Shown: in pieces, positions 55,508 to 64,000 of the stretch
Layout: every line of letters begins with the position of its first letter
Numbering within the stretch: position 1 is the stretch's first letter
Virus record (IMG/VR): IMGVR_UViG_3300038443_002533
Coordinates: 1-64,000 of that record
DNA length: 64,000 nt
Source: a virus
Taxonomy: Duplodnaviria > Caudoviricetes
Direction: 5' to 3' (one strand)
Notes under the pieces: generated by a model
What the model was told of the DNA's origin: nothing
The model's input: only the letters and a program-made list of their open reading frames with translations
Databases searched by the model: none
Position numbers and translations under genes: made by a program

Positions 55508-57652
55508 ATGTCCAAAAACAGTCCATTTATTTATCCTGCCGAAGAGTACACCCGCGAGATTGCCCCGATCAAACACGGGATCCATCAACACGCGGTGCAC
55601 CTCCAGATCATGGCCGGGATCCCCTACGAAGAAGCGGTACAGTTCGTCAAGCAACAACTTTCTCCCGGTGGTGAGTTCCCGATTCAAGACCCGAACGCGG
55701 TGTTCCTGGAACGCGATTTCGATACCGGTGACCGGGAAGACGGTGTAGTACCGATGTCGCAATACCTGCGCACGATTCTTCAAGAAGAACAGATCTACGC
55801 CCCGACCTTTACCACCTATCACAATCCCAAGGTACGCCTGTCACCCCTGTCGAAGTTCCAGGACGACAACGTCAAGTCACGCGGTAAAGCGAAGAAGGCG
55901 ATGTTCAAAGCCGAGCAAGAAGAAGGCAAGGACAGCTTTAACTACAACTACTACAGTGGTAAACAAACCACCGAGAAGTTGGCAAACAACGCCGTGTCGG
56001 GCGCGATGGTGAGTGAACACAATCCGCTGCACAACAAAACCGGCCACTCGTCGCTGACCTCGTCGTGCCGTCAAACCTCAGCGTACGGCAATGCCAACAA
56101 CGAACGCTTCCTGGCCAGTAACCGCCATTACTGGTCGTATGACACGGCCCGTAACAACATCGTCTCGATCATTGCCCACACCGACTTGGCGGCCGTGGAA
56201 CGGGTGATGACGCGTTATAACCTGCATTATCCGACCGCTGAAGAAACCTTCAATGTTGTGTACCGCTCGGCCAGCTTGTATTGGAACTCCAAGCCAGCGT
56301 ACGCCAAGATCCGTGACTTGATTGATCATCTCACGCCATTGCAACGTGCTGCCTATGTGTACACGGGCGACATGTACCAACTGAAGGAATTCAACGATGA
56401 TTTTCTACGCACTTTTATGGGACGCCTTATTCAACGGGTGGAAGTACCTGATCCCACTCCCGCCGAGACCATTAAGAAGTGGCCCGAAGACTTCTTCAAC
56501 CTAGCCAAACAACTCCAGCCCGAGATCACCAAGGGCAAGTCGATGGATGAGATCAAGAACGGCGATCCAGTCGGTTATGGGATCGTGGCAGCACAAACCG
56601 AAAACATCGCCAACGTCATGTGGGCGTATGCGGATTTGATCCGGACCTTCTGGGCCACGGACAATGTGCCTGCCTCGATCGCCATGTTCCCGCACAGCTT
56701 GCGCCGGGTGGTGCTGGTGTCCGATACTGACTCGACCATCTTCACCACGCAAGATTGGATTATCTGGTATTGCAAACAAGTCAAGTTCGACACGACCTAC
56801 GACGCGGTGTGCGCCACCATGATATTCTTGGCCTCGCAATCGATCATCCACATCCTGGCTAAAATGTCGGCCAACGTGGGGATTGGACGGGACCACGCCT
56901 TCACGATTGAGATGAAGAATGAATACAAGTTCGACGTGTTTGTTCTGACCCAACTCGGTAAGCACTATTTCGCCCAGATCAGCTGTCAAGAAGGCAACAT
57001 CAAAAAGGAACTCAAGAAAGAAATCAAGGGCGTGCACTTGAAGTCCTCGAATGCGCCCAAGCAGATCGTCCAGATGGCGGAAGACATGATGCTCGACATC
57101 ATGAACACCATCATGGCCAAGGGCACCCTGCAAGCGTATAAGTACGTTAAGCAAGTCGCGGACTTGGAACGTTCGATCATCGCGTCGATTCAGAAAGGTG
57201 AATTCAAGTTCTTGAAGCTCAGCACAGTGAAAGACCCGCAGGCGTATAAGAACGGTGAAGAAACCTCGACGTATAAACAGTACGGCATGTGGAACGATGT
57301 GTTCGGTCAGAAGTATGGTCGGGTCGCACCGCCGCCATACAAAGCCATCTACGTGAGTTTGGAATTGGACAGTAAAACCAAAACCAGCAACTGGTTGGAC
57401 AAGATGCCGGACCAAGAAATCGCTCGTGCCATGCGGCGATGGCTGGAAGAGAATAACCGCGATAAGATCACGTCACTGCAATTGCCGTTGCCGATTGTCT
57501 CGGCAAAAGGCATTCCGGATGAGATCATGTCGGCGGTGGATGTGCGTAAGATTGTCCAAAAAGCAACCGCGATGTTTTATCTCATCTTGGAAACCATTGG
57601 ATTCTACTTCAATCATGATGACTTGAGCCAACTGGCCATGGACTATTATTGA
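55508..57652 (+). CDS. Family B DNA polymerase, polymerase-domain subunit (phiKZ gp50-like, 714 aa)
   Basis: Region III 'EKLANNAVSG' and region I 'VSDTDST'; no exonuclease domain, consistent with the split jumbo-phage polymerase. Confidence 0.85.
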   Translation: MSKNSPFIYPAEEYTREIAPIKHGIHQHAVHLQIMAGIPYEEAVQFVKQQLSPGGEFPIQDPNAVFLERDFDTGDREDGVVPMSQYLRTILQEEQIYAPTFTTYHNPKVRLSPLSKFQDDNVKSRGKAKKAMFKAEQEEGKDSFNYNYYSGKQTTEKLANNAVSGAMVSEHNPLHNKTGHSSLTSSCRQTSAYGNANNERFLASNRHYWSYDTARNNIVSIIAHTDLAAVERVMTRYNLHYPTAEETFNVVYRSASLYWNSKPAYAKIRDLIDHLTPLQRAAYVYTGDMYQLKEFNDDFLRTFMGRLIQRVEVPDPTPAETIKKWPEDFFNLAKQLQPEITKGKSMDEIKNGDPVGYGIVAAQTENIANVMWAYADLIRTFWATDNVPASIAMFPHSLRRVVLVSDTDSTIFTTQDWIIWYCKQVKFDTTYDAVCATMIFLASQSIIHILAKMSANVGIGRDHAFTIEMKNEYKFDVFVLTQLGKHYFAQISCQEGNIKKELKKEIKGVHLKSSNAPKQIVQMAEDMMLDIMNTIMAKGTLQAYKYVKQVADLERSIIASIQKGEFKFLKLSTVKDPQAYKNGEETSTYKQYGMWNDVFGQKYGRVAPPPYKAIYVSLELDSKTKTSNWLDKMPDQEIARAMRRWLEENNRDKITSLQLPLPIVSAKGIPDEIMSAVDVRKIVQKATAMFYLILETIGFYFNHDDLSQLAMDYY

Positions 57653-57659
57653 CGGCATA

Positions 57660-57691
57660 CCTACCCTCTACCCGCAAGGGTAGGGGGCAGG
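57660..57691. terminator. Bidirectional hairpin between convergent genes
   Basis: CCTACCCTCTACCC-GCAA-GGGTAGGGGGCAGG preceded by TGACGGCATA. Confidence 0.75.
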
Positions 57692-57706
57692 GATGTCATG
57701 CGGGAC

Positions 57707-59008
57707 TTATGCTTCGTGGAAGTTGTTGGTGGCCATTTCGAACAGCGACAGCCAGAACTTGTTGTGGCGTGCCGCCACGTTCAGCAGCTTGCCGGTGGGT
57801 TGGGTTGCCCACTGGGCGTAAGCCGTGGTGAGCGGCATCATCCGTTTGGCGAAAGACGTGCCTTCTTTGTTGTCTTCCTTGATACGTTTGAGCATCGCGT
57901 CACAGGCGTTTTGCACAGCGCCGGCCTTGTCTTCCAGCGCCTTGAACTGATCCGCCTTGAACTTGATCAGTTCGTTGATGAACGCCAGGCGCTCCTTGAC
58001 GTACTCCAGCAGCTTGTCCGGCGTCACGTCCAGTTTCATGCTGACGATCTTGTTGCTGCCGAAGCTGGTGTCTTGGTCGACCGAGAAACGGATCTTCGAG
58101 AGCATGGCGATCTTGGTTTCGACCGATTGGGCTGGATCGGTGATCTTGTCGCTGTAACCGGCGGCCGTGACTTTCATCTGGGCGATTGCTTTGGTTTCCC
58201 ATTTGTCACCCTTGCCCGGATGCAGATCCAGGCGTTTCATGTAATCGGCGAAGTGACGGCTCAGCACATCCACCACTTGACCGATGTCCGACATCTCGTC
58301 ACCGTTGTAGGCGCCGTAGGCTTGAGCCAGGCCATCGCCGATCGGAATCATCAGACCGTGTTGGTTCTTGGTGGTTTCCAGCACGTAGTTGTTGAAGTCT
58401 TGTTCCTGACGCCCCGCGGTATTGAACAGGTCGAGGAAACTTTTGCCACTGTAGTGGAAGATGTCGGTCATCGAGCTGGTGACCATGGCACCGTCGTTGG
58501 CCAGATAACCTTTCATGCCGGACAGCCGTTCGATCAGCTTCTCGGCATGCTTTTTGTTTTGCTCCAGCGTCGAGAAGTACGTGGTCATCCAGTGTTTGAA
58601 GCCGACCCACATGTTCTTGATCGCCGTGACGATCGCGTCCCAGATCGACTTCAGCGTGCTGGCGATACCTTCCACGCTCAGGCCTTCCGGGGTCGGTTCA
58701 CCGCCCTCGGCTGGCATCGGCAGCGAGATCACGTCAGCCGGATCGGCATCGGAGCCGGCCACGGCCATGTCGCCCACGGCTTCGACCAGTTCGGCTTCGA
58801 CTTGACCGCATTGCGGGGTGATGTCCACCACTTGCACGGCGTCGTTGGCCACGTCCGCCACGTCGGTGATGTGATCGGCTGCCGCCGTGGCTTGGTCGAG
58901 CGCTTGGCTGGCTTCGCTGTGTTCGTCCGCCAGGATCGCTTCCTCTTCGACCGACAGGGTCGGGATCGGGGCGGGTTGCGGTGCCGGGGCTTTCAGATGT
59001 CGTTGCAT
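57707..59008 (-). CDS. Internal head protein, phiKZ inner-body/ejection paralog family type (~433 aa)
   Basis: Acidic propeptide, S-V-E protease site (GLSVE|GIASTLKSIWDAIVTAIKNMW) followed by an amphipathic helix; start MQRHLK at 59008. Confidence 0.7.
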   Translation of the reverse strand: MQRHLKAPAPQPAPIPTLSVEEEAILADEHSEASQALDQATAAADHITDVADVANDAVQVVDITPQCGQVEAELVEAVGDMAVAGSDADPADVISLPMPAEGGEPTPEGLSVEGIASTLKSIWDAIVTAIKNMWVGFKHWMTTYFSTLEQNKKHAEKLIERLSGMKGYLANDGAMVTSSMTDIFHYSGKSFLDLFNTAGRQEQDFNNYVLETTKNQHGLMIPIGDGLAQAYGAYNGDEMSDIGQVVDVLSRHFADYMKRLDLHPGKGDKWETKAIAQMKVTAAGYSDKITDPAQSVETKIAMLSKIRFSVDQDTSFGSNKIVSMKLDVTPDKLLEYVKERLAFINELIKFKADQFKALEDKAGAVQNACDAMLKRIKEDNKEGTSFAKRMMPLTTAYAQWATQPTGKLLNVAARHNKFWLSLFEMATNNFHEA

Positions 59009-59027
59009 GTTGTTCTTCCAGGAGAAA

Positions 59028-60122
59028 TTAAAGAGAGCCAAGAATCTCGTTGATCGCATTCATGGCGGGGGTGTGTAACGGCTTGGGTAAGGTCGCATCC
59101 AATACCCGTTGATTCTTCAAGCGGATCAACAGGGTGGAGACATCGGCCAAACCAGCTTGATTGCGGATGCGCCCTGTCTTTTTGGCAATGCGTGTCATGA
59201 ATAACAACATCGGCAACCGCGCCAAAATCACGGACCATAGAATTTGTCGGGTCGGCGCCACATCCGGCACATACATCACTTCCCGCATGTCGGGGAAGGT
59301 CACGGCAGGGATAGCGGCGAGCAGTTGCCTAGCGTTATAATCCGAGTTCTCCAAGATGGTGAGCAAACGCTTGAGGACCGTGTCCACTTGGCGGGTGTAG
59401 TTCGGCAGGTGCACCACATCACGCGTGGGCAACATCATCATCGGAGTTTGGTTGAACAGATGGTCGATTCGGTTAAACACTGCGTAGTCCAGATAACTCT
59501 CCAGCATATTCGGTAACACGAACATGTGGATGAATTGCATGGTGTTGCGCTGCACGTAATCGGGATTGGCAGTTTGCTTTCGCTGTTCACTCAAACGAAA
59601 TGCCCGGTGTTGCACGGCCAACAAACTCACGTTCACAGCGATCACAGCCACCCCATGGTGCGGGCTGACAAACCGACCGTTGGGCACTTGCAAGGTTACG
59701 TGGGGAAACGGATGACGGACCACCCGTACCGGCGTAGCATCGGCCCAATGGTCTTCGACATGCTGATAGTCAAAGTCTTCATCGAAGGCAATCACCACTT
59801 CGGCGGTGTGCTTATTAAAGAACACCCCTTTAAAGAGTTGTCCTTCGCCAAACGGGGTGGTGAACTGCAAACTGTTGGCCACACTCAAGGCATTGATACT
59901 GACGTTGCTGTAATAGCGATCACTGGGTAAGCTTAACGGTACGCTTAACGACTGCAAGAATTTGACGAGCAGATGGTCACTGGCCACGCTATAGCTGGCG
60001 TGACGATAGTGTTGCAGCAAGGTGATGAGATTTCGCTTCAAGCCATCTTGCACCGCTTTCCATTCAGGCAGTCGCGCTACGCCGTATTCTTTCTTGGGGT
60101 CGACATTCACGAGGCTATACAT
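59028..60122 (-). CDS. Conserved jumbo-phage hypothetical protein (364 aa)
   Basis: Long ORF divergent from chmA, in the conserved DNAP-chmA block. Confidence 0.7.
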   Translation of the reverse strand: MYSLVNVDPKKEYGVARLPEWKAVQDGLKRNLITLLQHYRHASYSVASDHLLVKFLQSLSVPLSLPSDRYYSNVSINALSVANSLQFTTPFGEGQLFKGVFFNKHTAEVVIAFDEDFDYQHVEDHWADATPVRVVRHPFPHVTLQVPNGRFVSPHHGVAVIAVNVSLLAVQHRAFRLSEQRKQTANPDYVQRNTMQFIHMFVLPNMLESYLDYAVFNRIDHLFNQTPMMMLPTRDVVHLPNYTRQVDTVLKRLLTILENSDYNARQLLAAIPAVTFPDMREVMYVPDVAPTRQILWSVILARLPMLLFMTRIAKKTGRIRNQAGLADVSTLLIRLKNQRVLDATLPKPLHTPAMNAINEILGSL

Positions 60123-60378
60123 AGGCGAGACTCATCGTGGAAATAGGAAAGAGAGGGTGGAGGTGACATACGATTGCCATCCGGATTCGCATTACAAAAA
60201 TACTTCGAGATGGTATCGCTTGAGCGAGGGATGTAAACTCGGGACGATGTGAAAGGGATAACATGCAAAAGTAAAAAAATACGTCACGTACCCCATTGTA
60301 TAGTGGAAAACGCGAACAGCGTCCCACAGTTCGTATTGCAGTATGCTCTCAGAAATCTGGCGCTAAAACATTTTAGCA

Positions 60379-60397
60379 CTATATCACTAAACTGATC
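60379..60397 (+). promoter_or_regulatory. Early-type promoter of the chimallin gene
   Basis: CTATATCACTAAACTGATC, identical to 20341-20359. Confidence 0.75.
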
Positions 60398-60472
60398 ACC
60401 CAGGAAAGTGGTCAATAAACAGTTTGTTTGCGCAAACAAATTACAACAACTTGTACAAAAAAGGAAATAAGC

Positions 60473-62482
60473 ATGAAAGGTACTCAAGTCACGGGCTCCA
60501 CCAACACCCAGCAAACCGCAGGTCAGCCGAACGATCTGTACGGTGGCGCAGCGCAAGCTTCGCAGGGTCAAGGTCAAGCCAACTACCAGACGCCGCCGCA
60601 ACCGCAAGGTGCACCGGTCGGCGGTCAACGTCAAGCCGGCGCCGGCCTGCTGTTCCGCGGCGGCGCACTCAACCAGGGCCGTGACAACAACGGCCGCGAC
60701 CTGGGCGAGCTGACCAAGAAGATGCAGGACTTCTACGAAAAGGAGAAGGACAACGAACTGGTGGGCTGGAACGTCCGCGTGGTGCCGATGGCGCGTGATG
60801 CCATCAACACGGCACAGAGCGGCTACAGCAACAAGATCGCGATGATCCTGGTGATCGCCGACCGCGGCGACAACCGCGCAGCGTACCACACGCTGCTGCT
60901 GGCTTCCGACATGGCACCGGCCCCGGCCACCCGCGGCAACGACCTGTACGGCAGCTACGGCCAAGACCGCGTCACCGCACCGCGCACCCCGGCCACCCTG
61001 GCCGACGATGCCCTGGCCACGGTGATCCGTCAACGCGTCGGTCAGCTGATGCCGCAAGCCGAGATCTTCTCGGCCGACTGGAGCCAAGTCCCGACCAACT
61101 TCAAGATCGACGATCCGTACAAGGTCGCCAGCATCTTCATGAACGCGATCCGTGCCTGCGCCTGCGAACTGGAAACCAAAACGCCGGGCTTCAAGTTCAG
61201 CCGTCTGGCCGACGTCGCTGCCGACAGCTCCTCGCTGCTGGTCGACTCGATTCACCTGAACCAAGACCAAGCCAACCCGCCGGTCGAAGCGTTCGACGCC
61301 GCTGGCCTGCCGATCCGTGCTGAAATCGTGTCGGACTTCCGTTCGGAACAGCAACGCCAGGGCGGCGCCCAGCAGGACAAGACCGAGAACACCGCGGGCG
61401 TGATGGAAATCGGTCGCGTGCTGGCCTACACCTCGCTCAACATCGATCCGGTCGCCGGCCGTCGCAACCGCTACGTCGTGGGTGGCAACCAAGGCAACTC
61501 GAACGACACCCAGGAATACTCGGGCGAGATCACCATCTCGGGCTTCGACGCCGGCGTCCTGCCGGACCTGGGCAACGTGCTGCTGCTGATCTCGACGATG
61601 CTGCCGCTGTTCGACCAACAGAAGTACGGTCCGCAGTGGTTGCGCAGCTTCCTGCCGGCGCATCTGCAACTGCATGGCGGCCCGGGCCGTTCGAACTTCC
61701 GTCCGCGTGACCTGGGCGCGACCAACTTCGACTACGGTGCCAAGATCGGCGACGCCGTGGGTCCGTTCCCGACCCACGAAGCCAGCTTCGGCAATGACGA
61801 GTTCTACCGCCTGGTGAACTTCATCATGCAGCCGTATCCGGCCTTCTCGATCGACGTGCCGGTGGCAGGTGCCGATACCTGGTTCCTGCGCGTGTTCGCC
61901 GAAGCCACCGAAGTCGACGGCGCTCGCCAAGCCATCATCAACGCGATGGATGCGATGACCGAGAACCGCTTCAGCGCGATCTTCAACCAGACGGCGTCGC
62001 GCCAGATCGTCCTGCCGCGCACCGAGCGCGTGCTGAACGGTTACTACACCGACGACCAGGGCCGCGTGCGTGACCTGCGCGAAATCGATATGCTGTACCT
62101 GCTCAACGCCAAAGGCCACGAGCAGCCGGATATCGCCAAGCGCTGGGCCAACACCTTCGGTGGCAGCAACGACTACCAGCTGGCCGAGCGTCTCAAGCTG
62201 ATCGAAATGGTGGTGCACCCGACGGTCACCGGCATCTCGATCCACAAGACGTTCCACCCGGACTTCCTGGTGGCGATGGACCAATCCATCGCGCAGTCGC
62301 AGTTCCAGCCGAAGATCGTGATCCCGGACTCGGACGACCGCATGACCGTGCGTCAATCGGCCGGCCTGGCACAAGCCGGTGCCCTGGTGGCGAACTTCCA
62401 CACCACCATGTTCACCAGCGCGCCGAGCTACACCGGCAATACCGCAGGTTACCGCGGTATGGCCCACACGCGCGTGTACTGA
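60473..62482 (+). CDS. chmA: Chimallin, major phage nuclear shell protein (669 aa)
   Basis: Size, extreme codon bias, early promoter, Q/G-rich disordered N-terminus, and the diagnostic position immediately upstream of nvRNAP beta' and near DNAP/phuZ; AAAAAGGA SD at 60473. Called mainly from synteny. Confidence 0.8.
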   Translation: MKGTQVTGSTNTQQTAGQPNDLYGGAAQASQGQGQANYQTPPQPQGAPVGGQRQAGAGLLFRGGALNQGRDNNGRDLGELTKKMQDFYEKEKDNELVGWNVRVVPMARDAINTAQSGYSNKIAMILVIADRGDNRAAYHTLLLASDMAPAPATRGNDLYGSYGQDRVTAPRTPATLADDALATVIRQRVGQLMPQAEIFSADWSQVPTNFKIDDPYKVASIFMNAIRACACELETKTPGFKFSRLADVAADSSSLLVDSIHLNQDQANPPVEAFDAAGLPIRAEIVSDFRSEQQRQGGAQQDKTENTAGVMEIGRVLAYTSLNIDPVAGRRNRYVVGGNQGNSNDTQEYSGEITISGFDAGVLPDLGNVLLLISTMLPLFDQQKYGPQWLRSFLPAHLQLHGGPGRSNFRPRDLGATNFDYGAKIGDAVGPFPTHEASFGNDEFYRLVNFIMQPYPAFSIDVPVAGADTWFLRVFAEATEVDGARQAIINAMDAMTENRFSAIFNQTASRQIVLPRTERVLNGYYTDDQGRVRDLREIDMLYLLNAKGHEQPDIAKRWANTFGGSNDYQLAERLKLIEMVVHPTVTGISIHKTFHPDFLVAMDQSIAQSQFQPKIVIPDSDDRMTVRQSAGLAQAGALVANFHTTMFTSAPSYTGNTAGYRGMAHTRVY

Positions 62483-62509
62483 TCGAGCAGCACTGTACTA
62501 AGAGAAAAA

Positions 62510-62539
62510 GTGAGGCCCTTGCGGGTCTCACTTTTTTTT
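62510..62539 (+). terminator. Rho-independent terminator after chmA
   Basis: GTGAGGCCC-TTGC-GGGTCTCAC followed by T8 (A5 upstream). Confidence 0.9.
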
Positions 62540-62602
62540 CTTTAGGCAGACAAACCAGGGCTGTCAGTCATTATTTATTCTCTTGATTAAAAGAGGTGTA
62601 TC

Positions 62603-63886
62603 ATCGGTACTTATCTGCGTCTCGTCAGCCATGACGAATTGTGGAACCAACGCTCGCACCGTGATCCGATCATCATCAATGAATTCCAAGAGTGTTCGCA
62701 CGACGCACTCAAGGCGTTCAAAGAAAAGATCTTCACCCGGTACCAGCCCAACGACGTATTGACCAATACCCCCCGCTGCGATTGTCCGGAAGGGCCCCGT
62801 GGCAAGAAGTACCTCGGCGTGATCTGCGAGCACTGTAACAAACCGGTGGTGAACGTGCGCGATCAGAAGCTCGAATCGATCGTGTGGTTGCGGCAACCCA
62901 CCAATGTCGCCCCGTTGATCAACCCACGGGTGTGGACGATTCTCTCCAATCACTTCAAGAAAGGACGATTCAACATCATCCAGTGGTTGTGTGATACCAA
63001 GTACCCGGTGCCGGACAAACCACCCAAGATCTTCGCCCAGTTGATTGCCATGGGCTTGGACAAAGAGCGCGGGTATAACAACTTCGTGCGCAAGTTCGAC
63101 GAGATCATCAGTAAGCTGCTCACGATCAGTGACTTCCGGAAGAAGAAACAAGACAACCCGAATGAAGTGCACCACATCGTCAAGTTCTTGCAGATGAACC
63201 GCGGCAAGATCTTCTCCAAGTACATGGCGTTGCCGAACAAAACCTTGTTGGTGGTGGAAGACACTGACATGGCGGTGTACGTCGATTCGAACGTGCCGAT
63301 TGCGATCGACGCGATTGAATCCTTGATCGGCTTGGATGATCCGCTGAATGGCTACACCGATTCGGTGAAGCAGAACCGGGTGGTGCGGGCCATTGCCAAC
63401 ATGGCCACGTATTACGAGGAATTCAACAAGAAGTCGTTCTCGTCGAAGGAGGGCATCTCACGGAAACACTTGGCGGCTACGCGTTGCGACTGGTCGGCCC
63501 GTGCGGTGATCACCAAGCTGCCGGTGCAGCACTACCACCGCGAGTTGCACATCCCGTGGGGCGTCGGGGTGGGGCTGCTGCGTTTGCACTTGGCCCGCAA
63601 GCTGAAAGACCGTGGCTGGTTGCCGAATGAAATCTGGCGCTTCCTCAACCGCTATGCCAGCGAGTACAATCCGCTGCTGGATCAGTTGTTCCAGGAACTG
63701 ATCAGTGAATCGCGGCACGAACTGATCGAAGGTTCGGGTCTGCGTGGCCTGCCAGCGATCTTCCAGCGTAATCCGTCGCTCGGCCTGGGTTCGATGCAGA
63801 TGCTGTTCATCACCCGTGTCAAGCCGGATCCGGCCGATCAAACGATCTCGTTGTCTGACTTGATCGTTCGTGGCTTCAATGCTGAT
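62603..63886 (+). CDS. Non-virion RNA polymerase beta' subunit N-terminal part (phiKZ gp55-like), 5' exon; not in the ORF track
   Basis: My translation: IGTYLRLVSHDE...PIIINE...PRCDCPEG...YLGVICEHC (Zn finger)...SKEGISRKHLAATRCDWSARAVI...IFQRNPSL...GFNAD, where homology breaks inside the NADFDGD motif. Confidence 0.85.
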
Positions 63887-64000
63887 TGCCCAATAAGCAA
63901 CAATTTCTGTAATACATCGCCCTTCGTAAAGAAAGGATATGCATGGAGTATAAAGGCGATGTTGAAAGTAAAGAATACCCTGGATTCTATTTGGTTCCAA
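63887..64000 (+). mobile_element. 5' end of a probable self-splicing (group I) intron inserted in the RNAP active-site motif
   Basis: Abrupt loss of the expected FDGD after NAD; AT-rich shift; contains a new SD+ATG in another frame. Confidence 0.65.
63943..64000 (+). CDS. Start of a probable intron-encoded HNH/NUMOD4-type homing endonuclease (3'-truncated)
   Basis: AAAGGA SD 5 nt before ATG; MEYKGDVESKEYPGFYLVP resembles NUMOD4/HNH N-termini; only 19 codons visible. Confidence 0.5.
   Translation, partial: MEYKGDVESKEYPGFYLVP

Noticed and set aside
20917-60472. N-terminal extensions given by the ORF track (20917, 25668, 35061, 37738, 38046, 38868, 43461, 44937, 59059, 60428)
   Set aside because: Downstream starts with proper SD spacing or stop-start overlap are better supported.
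5709-62467. Long opposite-strand ORFs (e.g. 5709-7976+, 12561-16010-, 17061-18683-, 23437-25623+, 29121-31067-, 43092-44315-, 57698-59053+, 60284-62467-)
   Set aside because: Antisense shadows of strongly codon-biased genes; no SD, unnatural H/R/V/Q-rich composition, no motifs.
63887-64000. Intein starting at Cys after NAD
   Set aside because: An intein needs C/S/T as the first downstream extein residue, but F is required here; CPISNNF does not resemble intein block A. The frame stays open to the window end, so this is not fully excluded.
1-64000. CRISPR array, canonical tRNAs, rRNA, IS elements
   Set aside because: I saw no regularly spaced direct repeats, standard-length cloverleafs, rRNA or transposase motifs. 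The AACTAACAAC copies are gene leaders, not array repeats.

Overview
This window is a 64-kb piece of a phiKZ-like, nucleus-forming jumbo phage genome (Chimalliviridae-type). Host and species cannot be assigned from sequence alone. Recognisable core genes: giant tail protein with a C-terminal lytic transglycosylase (gp181-like), virion RNA polymerase beta'/beta subunits, prohead protease, tail tube, tail sheath, three baseplate/virion genes, large terminase, tubulin PhuZ, the polymerase half of a split family-B DNA polymerase, chimallin (nuclear shell) and the start of the non-virion RNAP beta' subunit. phiKZ gp numbers are synteny/motif analogies from memory, not database hits. An early (+ strand) accessory block at about 36.3-50.7 kb lies between the structural and replication modules. 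Most notable unexplained structure: (1) a ~740-nt protein-free locus at 21.59-22.33 kb holding a tRNA-shaped RNA whose anticodon arm is replaced by a second, nested cloverleaf, followed by a GAAA-tetraloop-rich RNA; (2) a tandem array of ~11 small membrane proteins, most starting with the same amphipathic helix; (3) two more structured intergenic RNAs (50.7-51.05 kb and 55.08-55.44 kb) with alternative pairings; (4) the nvRNAP beta' gene, absent from the ORF track, which seems to start at ATC and is interrupted inside its NAD|FDGD catalytic motif by an AT-rich insert carrying a probable homing-endonuclease ORF; (5) a recurrent hairpin+TATGCCG cassette and an AACTAACAAC leader motif.
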